Shown here: positions 26,122-37,749 of the stretch, piece by piece
How positions within the stretch are numbered: position 1 is the stretch's first letter
Layout: each line of letters begins with the position of its first letter
DNA from: Gekko japonicus
Taxonomy: Eukaryota
Length of the DNA stretch: 64,000 bases
Reading direction: 5' to 3'
Assembly (NCBI RefSeq): GCF_001447785.1
Contig: NW_015171537.1
Location: 325,112 to 389,111 of the forward strand
The notes under the pieces: model-generated
What the model was told of the DNA's origin: nothing
Seen by the model: only the letters and a program-made list of their open reading frames with translations
The model's database searches: none
Position numbers and translations under genes: made by a program

Positions 26122-27416
26122 AGTGTCACAGATCTTGGTAGTAGAGCAGAAGAGAGTTTGAGGGTCAGTTTCCCGCAGAACAGTAGGGGACGGTTCCAGG
26201 TTCAATCTCTGGCTTTTCCAGGTAAAAGAATCCCAGTTGTGCCTGAGAGTCTTGAGACCTACTGGCAATCTGGATAGACAGTACCAAGCTTAGATGGACC
26301 AATGATCTGACTTGGTGTAAGGCAGCTTCATATAGTCAATTTAGTGTGTGTTTGATGAGAGTTGTTGTCCAATCAAGATGTAGCTATCAATTGCCAATTC
26401 AGGGAGCAGGAAAGCTAGTCACATGGCAATTTTCCTAGGCTTGAGTGGAATGGTTATTTTCTCAGCTGGAGGCAGTGATTAAGGGAGTAAATGAATACCA
26501 CACACTGAAGACTGAGCTCAAATAATGAAACACCATGCAAGTGTAGAGCCCATGGCATTCCCCGAGAAGCACTGGGTGTCACACCAATGTTGGTGTCACA
26601 CAGCAGAACAAAGCTCCTTACTATTCCCCCCCCCAAGTTGCCTGTCTCCAGTCGCAGGTGTCTGCTGGCTCCCTGTGCCGTCTGCTTGCTGAGCTCCTGC
26701 TGTTTGGCAGAATCCCTGAAGCTTCTGGCATGCACGCTATTTGGCGCGGAGATGATGAACTGCTTGCAATTAAAGATCGAGGGCTTGCAAGTGCAAAATA
26801 GTTTGCAGATATTAAGTTAATCATGATGATACAGGTTTATTTAAACAATAAACATATTACCATGGGTCCTGAAGTGCTGCCAGAAGTCCTCCTGCTACTC
26901 CCCCCTCCCCCAACCCATTTTGGTTTGAATTTACTGTGTGGGTGAATCAATTTGTCTCCTTCGCCCCCATTTTTTTCCCCCTGAGACAGATGTGGAGGTC
27001 AAATGAAACATTCAGAGTCAGGGGAACAAAAGACAGTTAAAATAGTTGGTGCAGATTTATAGTAAACTGGGGAGAGGATGTGGCTCAGTGGTAGAACATG
27101 TGCTTCATATACAGTAGATACCGGCTTTAGTTTCCTGCATCTACAGTTTAAAAAGAATTTTGTTGTGGTAGCTGCCAGTAGATCGTACTGAGCTAGATGG
27201 ACCAGAGGTCTGATTTTGCATAGGGCATCTTCATGCGCTTTGAAGAAAGGAACATATGAAGTGGTGTACACAGCACTTTCCCCCACAGTTGTATGATTTA
27301 AGCGAGTGCATTTTATTACCTAGCACATCTTCGGCATTTTTCAATGCACATTAATCATTCTCTCATTGATCCTCATAATAAACCTGTGAGGTCAGTTGGG
27401 TTGAAGGTCTTGTTAG

Positions 27417-27696
27417 AAGAAGAGGAGGGGGGGGGGGAGATTGGATTTATACCTCACCCTTCACTTGGAGTCCCAGAGTGGCTTACAAACTCCTTTCCCT
27501 TCCCCTCCCCACAGCAGACACCCTATGAGGTAGGCGGGGCTGAGAGAGCTCTGGGAGAACTGCTCTTTTTCAAGAACAGCTCTGACAGGACTATGGCTTG
27601 CCCAAGGTCATCCAGCAGCTGCAAGTGGAGGAGTGGGGAATCAAACCCATTTCTCCCAGATTAGAGTCCGTGCACTTAACCACTACACCAAACTGG
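27417..27696 (-). mobile_element. tRNA-derived SINE (Squam3-like)
   Basis: Near-identical to 9862-10128. Confidence 0.85.
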
Positions 27697-28437
27697 GCAA
27701 GCAGCTTTCCCATAAGGGTCTTCTGTATTTTTGTCTAAGGCACTTTTACCTACCCCTCTTCTGAAGGCAGGTTACAATTTGATTTAAAATGCATACTTAA
27801 AAAAAAAGGAAAAGGAAAAATCACTATTTAAACACACAAATGCAAAAATTACTCCAGAATCCAACCAGGAACCAAGAGGGATGCCCTAACATCTGCTGAT
27901 TCGGCTCACTTTCTGGTTGCCCATGGCAGTCAGGCAGATGATTACTTGACAGGCTGTTTGAAACTGGAAATCCATAGACAACCAAAGCAATACTCTTAAC
28001 AGTACTATATCATGAATGGGAGGCAATTGGCCTTAGGGAAATGCACACAGTTCTGTGGATCCCACCATACAGTCATGAAGATGGCTTTATTTAGGACCAC
28101 ATTTGGTTAAGTGTACTTTGCAGTCTTGAGTTGTGATTTTAAATATTGGGTTGTGGTTTTTTTTGTTTTTAAGCTTTTAATACATTTTATTGTATGTATT
28201 TTATTTATGTTGTAAGCCAGCTTGAGCACTGTAAGTAAGAACGGCTCCTAATAAATGTTTTAAATAAATAAATGCATAAATGCCTTGAGTTCCATCCAGG
28301 AAGAAATTAGTAAGAACATGGTGACACATGGGTGGAAACCTTGTGTGTGTTCGTGGGGTGTGTGTCACCATTTGGCTGAATTGTCAGAGTGGTTAGTTAG
28401 TAGTTCAACCTAGATCCCTAATAATCAGTAGTGCAAG

Positions 28438-29753
28438 CAGAGCCGGCCCGAGGATTTTTTGCGCCCTAGGCGAGGCTACCTTCTGGTGCCCTCCCAGTGT
28501 GCACCCAATTACGGGGTTGCCAACCTCCAGGCGGGGCCTGGAGAGAAGGAACCCCCTCCTGCTCCTGGGCAAGAGGCGCCCGGGCCGAGCAGCAGCAGCA
28601 GCGAGACCTCATTCCCCCCCGTCGGGCTCCACCATGCCTTCCCCCCCCCTCCATGGCCCAGCCTCGGTCCTCCTCCTCCAAAGTTATTTGGCAAGCTAGG
28701 ACCTTACTCTTGAGGGCGACTTTACCACAACACACCTTCCAGTTTGGCTAATTCTGGAATTGGGTCTCTCACCGACTTCTCAGACTCCGCATATCACCTC
28801 TGGTGGGTGAGCCTGAAATGCACCCCAAGAACCAACAAGACTCAAGGTCAATTCTGCTGCCTTTAGAAGCAACTATAAAGAGAAGACTCCAGGCAGACTC
28901 CCCCTCCCTGGCCAGCTGTTGCTGAGGGGGCTGGCCACCCAAGTGGGATAGAGTTCCTCCTTCCCTCCCAAGTCCGCAGACCCATTCCTTGGCAACAGCC
29001 CTGCCTCTTCCATTCTCCCTCACCAGGTCCTCCTCCTTAGGGGCGGGGGGGGGGGGATAGTTCAAGGCAATCACCAGCCTTTGTTGCTGAGGTAGACAGA
29101 GAGAGCAATGGTCCTGTTCTTAAGAAGGCAGATCAAGAGGGTTGGTAAAATATGGCCACCTCGCACCACACAGTTCACAGTCCCTTTACCAGAAAGGGAA
29201 AAAAAACCGAACGCACGCAAAGTGCCCCCTTGCCGAAGTCTGCTTCCTTCGAAGTTGTTTGTGGTGGGCAAGAGCCGCATGGTCTGCTCGGCTCCTCCCC
29301 CTTGAGCCCTGGTTTCACCCTCCACTACGCCGAGTGAGAAATGGATTTTCCCAAGTCGATCGCTAGCGCCGGACACGGAATGGGGATCTTCGCCCAGCAG
29401 CCACATGTACGAGCAACCCCCCTCCTGGCTGTTGCAACATGCGCAAGGCCACCCCGCCCAGCGGGCTGCCTGTCTCCGGGCGAGCCTCCGGGAGGAAGGT
29501 GGGGAGCCGCAGGGGAGGTGGGAAGCTGCGGTGGCAGACTTGGCGCGGCACAAAGATGCACGGGAAGCCAGCGAGGCACTCTTGGCGTGGCTCCTCCTCA
29601 CACGCAGGCCCGGGCACGGCCAGCCAGCTCCAGTGGCTGCACGGGCTTTTGGCGGGGGTTCGGGGGCTTTGGCGGGGGGTCTTGTTTGGTGCCCCTAAGG
29701 GTCTGCGTGCTCTAAGCGAGTGCCTAGTTTGCCTAGCGGGTGAGCCGGCCCTG
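28438..29753. mobile_element. 1.3-kb GC-rich non-autonomous hAT transposon
   Basis: TIRs cagagccggc / gccggccctg; perfect 8-bp TSD agtgcaag (28430-37 / 29754-61); no transposase ORF. Confidence 0.87.
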
Positions 29754-31813
29754 AGTGCAAGACCTGTTTGGTAGAATGATGGAATAATTGTTTGAATGAG
29801 GCTTTGCAGGATGTTGGAGATTGGGAGAAGACCCTGATGGCTATGTGCCAGAAGTTAGTTCAGTATAGGTGGTACAGTTGAAAGCTTGGTGGCCAGTCCT
29901 TACATGGCAGCAATGGTGGACTTCCAGAGAAGGGCTCTCCTGAGTTCATTAATATAGGCTTGTGCTTGCATGGCAAATTTATTTTCAACTTTTCCCTTAC
30001 TGGACAGAAGATGTTTGTAATTTGCTTTCATGCATCTCAATACTGGTTATGGTTCAGCTCATTTCCAGGAATTTCATAACACAGACTTAATTGAGAACTG
30101 CTCTTAAGCTATATTCACCCCCTACCCCCAGGGAATGTTTTGTGTGTGTGTTACTTGAAAGAAACAAGGGTAAAACTGGAGTAAAGTGTAATAAGGATTT
30201 AGTATTGATTGATAGTGCTGAATACTTTCCTTTTTAATCATTTGGGAGATTCTGTGCTTGCAAGGAAGATGAAATTAAAAGAGGAGGGTAGAATTGGATC
30301 AGAATTCCAGCTGGTAGAAATCAAGTATATATCACCAGGAGCACAGATTGTCCAATTTAAGAATGTTGAAGCAAATCCATTTGGATCCTAACTACTTGTT
30401 TGTCATAATCTGCATCAGCCCACTGACTTCAGTACAGCTTTCCTAGGGGATGCCAACCAAGTTATAATAATCAATGTATCTATTTCCAAACCATGTCATA
30501 AAGGATTATGGTTGAGAGAACTGCAAAATTGAGCTAGGCACAGACCTGTGGGGCTCTACAAGCCTGAAGGAAGTCTCAGGTTGTAGAAAAATCTGAAATC
30601 TTTATGTAAAAGAAAGGAGGGGATTAAAATCCCCCCCAAAACATAAATACCTGTAGCTTTAAGAAAATAATGCCTATGGAAAGTTTTGGTTTCTATAAAG
30701 CAAAGCCATGGGGAGGGGAGCAGGAATGGATTGGGAGGCTGAAACAACTGTGAAAAAAGTCCTGACCCCACCTATACTGTCATGTTTCCTGATGGAGGTG
30801 GACTCACTGCAGAAAGCCCCAGGAGTAACTACCAGAAACTTGTTATTCTCCGGTTGTCCTGGGAGTGAGGCGGTCCTCCAATTCCTGAACTCCTGGGACT
30901 TAGCTCCTCCCCTTCCGCTTGCAGGGCCGGCAGAAACTTGATCCTGAAGGGGAGGGGCTTGTCCTCTGGTTCCCCAGTTCTACCGGCCCTGCCTTCGGAG
31001 CAGGGCGTTTCGGCTGTGCTCTCGGGAGCACGAAGATCCTGTTGTTGTTGTTTTAAAAAAATTGGAGAACGAAGTTTATAGTGAGTGGTTTCATGGAGGC
31101 GGAGGAAGGGTTTTTCCTCTGCTAGCCTCCTTACCATGCCCGGTCCTGCCTTCATTGAGCGGAATACGGCTGCCGGCAGCATCGGGAGGCCCCCGATCGG
31201 TCGCAGCAGCCGGTGAGCATGCCCCCGCCGAAGTGTGAGTCTTCGCCTTGGCATCAGCAGAAGTTTCCTCCCTGCTCCGGTCGGGAGAGGGATGAGGGAG
31301 AGAAGCGGGGGCAGCTGGAACGCGGGTGGTGTGGCTTTTTTCACTGGTGTGATCCTGTGCAGTGCTGGAGCCTGTGTTTTCTCACCCTCAGTGGTTCCGT
31401 GTAGCGCCTTCAGTCCATCTGAACCACGGTAGGAGATTAATTCCCAGACATTGGAGGGCGGGAGCCGAGTATTGCAGGCTAGATTCTTTGGACTGGCTAA
31501 GCTTGTGCATTGTGTGTGGGGCTTGTTATATCTCCACCCCTCATTATTCTCAGTCTATGGCTGGTAACACTAAGTGGCTGGTTTTGATGGGCAGATGGTC
31601 TCTTCTGAGGTGCCCTCGGCTGTGCTTTGGGCTTCAGGGGAGTGTGTTTCCCAGTTCTTGGTCTGGGAAGGGGGGTTGTTTAGTAATACCCACCCTCCCA
31701 CTTGGTGGAGGATAGAGAGCTGGGGGTGGGGGAAGAGGAAAAAGGCGGGAAAGGTGGCCATTTTATGAGTATTGCTGATGGTGGATTACTTTCACTTTCA
31801 GGAGTCACAGAAA

Positions 31814-33182
31814 ATGGCTGACAAGGCTGGTCTTTCCTGCTCTCTCACATCAGAGGAGATAGAGTCCTCTCAGATTCCCCATAAGGATGCTATCTGGGAC
31901 TGGAATTATCTAGGGAGGAAGCTCAAACTAACCTACTTTCCTGGCTAAAGGTGGAGGTGAAGAAGGAACTCCAAAAGATGGTTGCTCATTCAGACACTAA
32001 TCAACCTAGTGGGAGTAAAATACATGATCCTTGCAGTACCCAGGACAGCCCTTCTCCTAGAAAAAACAATAGGAAATCCCTCTCTAGGGAGGAACAGGTT
32101 AGTCCTTTATTTAGCGACATGGATGAGGATTCGGGTGCTGAGTCTTCTGCATCTTCGAAAGAGGAGGGAGAGCTGTCTGGGGAAGAAAAAGAGGCAGTCC
32201 CTCTTATTCAGTCCAGATTGTTTCCTACAGATCTGTATAACAAAATGCTTCCTAAGGTGCTGAGAGCTCTGAAACTCTCTTACACGCCTAAAGCTAAGGG
32301 GGATTTAGAGGCAGCAGATTTTCCTGTTGGGTCTGGCAAGGCCATTCCTAAACCAAATATTAAATCTACAATGGTACCTTTGCCTGCCTCCTCCTTTAAT
32401 ATTATCATGGCAGAATGGGAACACCCAGCTAATCCCAAAACAAATAACCCTATGTTTGCCAAACTTTATTCTTTGATTCCAGAGGCCACAAAGAAGATTA
32501 GGCCGCCAGTGGTTGATGATCCCATCAACTCTCTGTATTCCTTGTCTGTTCTGCCAATGGATGCTGATGGTCTCCCCAAAGACAATTGTGATAAGCGTGT
32601 TGAAAAAGCCTTGAGACGGGACTTTGAGGTATCTGCTAGTTCCTTGAGGGCTTCTGCCACGGGCTCCTTGTTTGCCAGGGCGGCATATACGTGGGCCTCA
32701 GATCTTACCACAGTGGACAGTGGCTTACCTAAGAGTTTAAAAGATGAACTTAAAAAGATAGTCTTGGCTACAGCCTTTGTGGCAGATGCATCCTTGCATG
32801 CACTCCAGTTAGGTGCCAGAGCAATGGCCTGTAGTGTTACAGCCCGGCTAATACGTGGCTTAGAGATTGGGAGGCAGACCAGTCAGCCAGAGCAAAGGTG
32901 GTGGCAGTGCCTTTCAGAGGTGTTAATCTATTTGCTGAAGGTCTAGACAGATTCTTAGTGGAAGGCAAGGACAAAAAGAGGGTCCTACCTTCAAAGAAAA
33001 AGGATGTAAAAACTAAAAGGCGTTTTCAGTTCTTTCGAGACTTCAGGGGAGATGATAGACATGGCTACCATAGAGCCTTCAAGGGCAAATGGCAGCACAG
33101 GGCTAGGGATAACAGAGCTCGGCCTTTCGCAGGAAAGGCAGGGCAGAACCCAAAGAACAACAAAAAGGGAGCGCAGGCATGA
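31814..33182 (+). pseudogene. DIRS gag-like ORF1 with frameshifts (~31895, ~32850)
   Basis: 331-aa ORF 31951-32946 plus 32898-33182; conserved DIRS gag-type PVVD, DKRVE and WL..W...PF.G..LF blocks. Confidence 0.85.
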
Positions 33183-33189
33183 TTATGCT

Positions 33190-35068
33190 GAGATAGTGAG
33201 TGTACAGAAAATGGGGGGTCGCCAGCAGTTTTCACACCAGTGGCAGCAGTCAGTCACAGACAGGTGGGTGCTGGAGACTGTATCACAGGGCTATTCTCTG
33301 GAATTCGAGAGGCACCCTCCATATCGGTTCTTGAAACTTCCAAGGAATCGTTCAGGAGTCAAACACAATTTACTCAAGGTGGCTATTCAACATCTCATCG
33401 ATATTGGGGCCATAGAACAGGTTCCAGTACAAGAAACATCGCAAGGAGTTTACTCCATCTTCTTTATGGTCCCCAAGAAAAATGGGGAGTCAGAGTTATT
33501 CTGGATCTCAAGTGGTTAAACAGATTTATAAGGACCAGAAAATTCAAAATGGAGACCTTGAGGTCAATTCTTTCGGCTATTCAGAAGGAAGAGTTCATGG
33601 TGTCACTGGATCTAGTGAATGCTTACCTGCACATTCTGATCAGGGAGAGCCATCGCACATTTCTGTGGTTTGCTTACCATGGAAGACATTTTCAATATCG
33701 GGCTCTCCCGTTTGGACTAAAATCATCGCACAGGGTTTTCACCAAGGTCTTGGTGTCACTGATAGCGGTATTAAGACTGAAAGGTGTGTCCCTGTTTCCA
33801 TATTTAGATGATATTCTGATAAAAGCTCCCTCAGCGCAGTTGGTGAAGCAGCATCTGGAGATGACAATGCAGGTGTTGACCCAGCATGGTTTCATAGTCA
33901 ACATACAGAAGTGCGTGTTAGTTCCATCACAGACATTGACTCACTTAGGGGTGTTGATTCACTCCACTTGGGACAGAGTTTTTTTGTCGCAGAAGAAGCA
34001 GCAGAAAGTTGTGCAGTTGCTGAGTCAGATTCTCCAGCGATCCTCGGTAGATCTGATGCCTTTGGCGGCCCTTTTGGGAATGATGGTTTCCTGTCAGGAT
34101 GTGGTGCCGTGGGCCAGGTTCCATACATGCCCCCTTCTGTGTCTATATCAGGAGGACATTGCACACAAGAGAGTGAAGTCTGTGCTTCTACCAGCCTTAG
34201 TGAAAAGAGAGTTGCAGTGGTGGTTGGAACCAGCCAGGTTTGTCATGGGAATGCCACTGAGAGATCCCAAGAGGCTAGTGGTAACGACGGATGCCAGCCT
34301 GTTTGGTTGGGGAGCTCATGTCCTGGGTCACATGATGGAGGGAACCTGGTCAGAGTTGAAGATGACCAGGAGCATAAATTTGCTGGAATTGAGGGCGATA
34401 AGGTTGGCTTTGGTTCACTTTCAGAGATTTCTGAGGTAACAACACGTTCTCATTCACACAGACAAAATGACGGCCAAAGCCTTCATAAACAAACAAGGGG
34501 GCACCCATTTCAAGAGACTGATTCAAGAAGCAGTGCAGGTGATGGAATGGGCAGAGGAAAACATTCTGTCCCTCAAAGCTGTTCACATGGCAGGCCGAGG
34601 AAACGTAGTGGCAGACTGGTTGAGTCGTCAGACGGTGGACCAGTCAGACTGGATGCTCCACAAGGAACTATTCAGTCAGATATGCAGGAGGTTTGGAGCA
34701 GTGGATGTGGACCTCTTTGCAACGCACCAAAACAAACAAGTGGATGCTTTTGTGTAAAAAATAAGAGACGCCAGAGCCATGGGGATGGACGCTCTGAGTC
34801 TGTCATGGCCAAAGGGTCTGTTGTATGCCTTTCTACCGGTTCCGTTAATCCCAAAGGTGGTACAGATTATGGTGGATCAGAAGGCGGATCTGATTCTAGT
34901 CACGCCCTTCTGGCCAAAGAGGGCGTGGTTTCAAGATCTGCTGCGGTTATCAGTAAGGGATCCGTGGCGTCTGCCAAAAAGAGATTATTTGTTGATGCAG
35001 GGTTGACTTGTCACCCGAGACTGGAAATGTTGCAACTAGCAGCTTGGAGATTGAGAGGCGGCAGTTGA
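33190..35068 (+). pseudogene. DIRS pol: reverse transcriptase, RNase H and DNA adenine methyltransferase-like domain, disrupted
   Basis: LPFGL, YLDD, TTDASLFGWGAH, INLLELRA, ADWLSR, DLFAT, LYAFLP, P.WP.R.WF; frameshift near 33485, stops at 34437 and 34755. Confidence 0.92.
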
Positions 35069-36090
35069 AAGACATGGGGTATGAGGATAGGGTGGTGTCC
35101 ACTTTGCTAGCCTCTAGAAAGAAGTCCACAAATTCAGTGTATAATAGAACCTGGAAGGTGTTTGCTGATTGGTGTGAGGGACGGTGTCTGAATCCACTAT
35201 TGGCTAAAGTAGGGGAAGTATTAGCTTTTCTTCAGCAAGGGTTAGATCAGGGTCTCAGCACGAGTACACTGAAGCATCAGGTGGCAGCTCACTCAGCGGT
35301 GACGGGCGCAAAGAAGGGTAGCTCGTTAGGGCAGCATCCTCATATTAAACATTTTCTGAGGGGCACTTCCCTTATTAACCCTCCACAGGTCCATAGGTTC
35401 CCATCTTGGCACCTAAATACTGTATTGAGAGCTTTATGCGAGATGCCATTTGAGCCCATGGCCTCCTGCCCAGTTAAGGAGCTTACCTTTAAGACGGTGT
35501 TCCTGGTAGGCATTACTTCAGCTCGGAGGGTGTCAGAGTTGAAGGCGTTATCTGCGCACAAAGATTTGTGTGTCTTTCATAAGGATAGGGTGGTCCTTTG
35601 TTCGGATCCAGCCTTTGTGCCTAAAGTTAATTCTTCCTTTCACAGGTCAGAAGATATTGTGCTGCCATCCTTCTGTCCGGACCCCAAGCACGAGAGGGAG
35701 AAAGTTTGGCACTGGTTGGATTTTCGTAGGGCACTCAGCTTTTATCTGGACAGGACTAAGGGGTGGCGAAAATCGGAGTCCTTGTTTGTGGCCTTTAGAA
35801 AATCGGTGTTGGGCAATGCGGTTTCCACTTCCACCCTTAGTAGGTGGATCAGGGGCTGTATCATTCTGGCTTACAAGGCGCAGGGAATGGTTCCCCCTGA
35901 GGGGATTACAGCTCACTCTTTATGAGGAGCGGCCACATCAGTGGTGTATAGGGGATTCCCGTCCTTAGACATTATTTGTAAGGCAGCCACTTGGAAGTCT
36001 ACTCACTCCTTTACTAAACATTATTGGATAGATAAGGTGGCTTCGGCTGAGGCCGCATTTGGCAGGAGAGTTCTTCAGCATGTCCTGTGA
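35008..36090 (+). pseudogene. DIRS tyrosine recombinase
   Basis: ARRVSEL, ITAHSL*GAATS (the catalytic HxxR Arg position is TGA at 35923), then AATWKSTHSFTKHY; in-frame stop at 36088-90. Confidence 0.92.
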
Positions 36091-37582
36091 GTTGCAGAAG
36101 TCGTCAGACCTGCCCTGGGGAGTACTGCTTTTTTATTTCCCAGGAGTTGGGGAATTCCTTCATCGGCCAGCACTCCACTGGGCCACCACATAAATGTGAG
36201 TGACTGAGCATTAGATGCTACTGTACATCTGAGCCCAGCCCTGCAATGGTGGCCACTGCACAACTCAGCCAGAGTTTTTCCAGGGTGAGGGAAGGAGGGA
36301 AAGGTGAAAACAGGAGGGGCATAAAGGAGAGAAGGAAGCAGGGATAGGGAAGAGGTTATGGAGGCTGCCGGTGGGGGAAAGGGTACTAAGAGGTTGCTGG
36401 TCCCCCACTTGTCCCTTTCTATTTGCCTGCGAAATTCCTGGCCCTTTGTAAAACCAGTGTAGATTTCTAGAACCAGTGTAGATTTCCAGCTCTGCATTGC
36501 AGGAGGGCTAGCACCTTGGATTTGTTTTTTAGTTTTTTCCCCCCTATAAGAATATCCTAGACATAACTGAAATGTGAATCAGTGTGATTTAGTGGCTAGA
36601 GTACTGGGCTGAAATTTGGGAGACCGGGGTTCAAGTCCGTACTCAGCTATAAAGCCACCGGGTGGTCTTGGAACAGTCACTCTCTCCCAGTCTAAGTCAA
36701 CTCATAGGTTTATGAAGGGACTGTGTATGAGATTTTGCATCAGGTGCCTTCCAGCCATCCTCTGTCATCACCCAATTTGCAACTGTAGTTTTGGTCCCCC
36801 TAATTCATTCCCCCCCCCAGGCTTCTGAAATATTTTTTCCTCCTTCCCATACATTTTGAACAGGGGTGGATGGCTGAGGTACAGTGTGGTCATACCTTGG
36901 TCTGCAGCTAATAATAGAGAAACAGCACAAATCCACGTGACAAGATTTCCCGTAATTGTATACCCGCAATCTCGAGAGGAATCAAGGCTCTGCTCTTGTT
37001 CTGTGCTTAGCTGACCGTTGATGCGCTGCTGGCTGCCCTTAATTAATTGAGGTTTTATTTTTTCACAGTGTGGGCATGTGCAGAATTCAGATACCTGGGA
37101 AGTTTCCAGCATTTGTTTCTCTACTAGCAGGTCCAATGATTAACAGTGCTGTGAAAAGTTTGACCTCAGAGGCACCATTGCTGGGAGATGCTTCACCTAC
37201 TGCACTGCTCATTTGTTTGTTGGTGATACGATTTAAAAAAAAGGATGAGATGGAGGCGATGGCATCTGTTGGGATCTTAATGTCTTGGCCTCCTTTTCAA
37301 GGTGCAACATGACCACTGAAGAACCTTCCTACCATAATACGCTGTGAATTTTATACTGCCGATTTTATGATTGTTTTTTTTAATTGTTCTCAGATGAGGT
37401 GAATTGCGTTGTCACTCTTAACTTAATTTGGTCTTGTTAGCCACTTTGTAAGTCTTCACACTGAGAAGTGTGTGTGAATAATAAACAGGAACTGGAAGAA
37501 GCATTTGTGGAAAAGATGCCACAAGGAGAAAGGAGTGGGCTCACACACTTTGACTTGATTTCCCTCACCTTCCTCCATGCAG

Positions 37583-37749
37583 TGCCCCGAGGAGCTGAGG
37601 CCCATGAAGGATGGTACTGGCTGCTATGACTACTCCAAAGGAATCGATTGTTCTGATGGCTTCAATGGTGGTTGTGAACAGCTGTGTCTCCAGCAGACTC
37701 TTCCTCTCCCATCGGACCCACTGTCCAGCACCATCTACATGTTCTGTGG
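37583..37749 (+). CDS. ASTN2: Astrotactin-2 internal coding exon [56 protein letters not shown](G)
   Basis: Acceptor cctccatgcAG at 37581-82, donor GTaagc at 37750; 167 nt, phase 0 to phase 2; joins exon A in frame. Not in the ORF track; translated by hand. Confidence 0.96.

Larger units (their letters stand above)
30846..36157 (+). mobile_element. DIRS1-type tyrosine-recombinase retrotransposon, decayed and 3'-truncated
   Basis: Gene order gag - RT/RNase H/MTase - YR; partial terminal complementarity aattcctgaactcctggga (30880-98) vs tcccaggagttggggaatt (~36138-56); boundaries approximate. Confidence 0.93.

Noticed and set aside
28459-29774. Overlapping GC-rich ORFs (also 48253-48772, 13595-14490, 44799-45320)
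   Set aside because: No domain signatures; expected from stop-poor composition or chance.
33911-35068. 385-aa ORF as a separate gene
   Set aside because: It is an alternative frame of DIRS pol with no recognisable motifs; only its last residues (LAAWRL) belong to the pol C-terminus.
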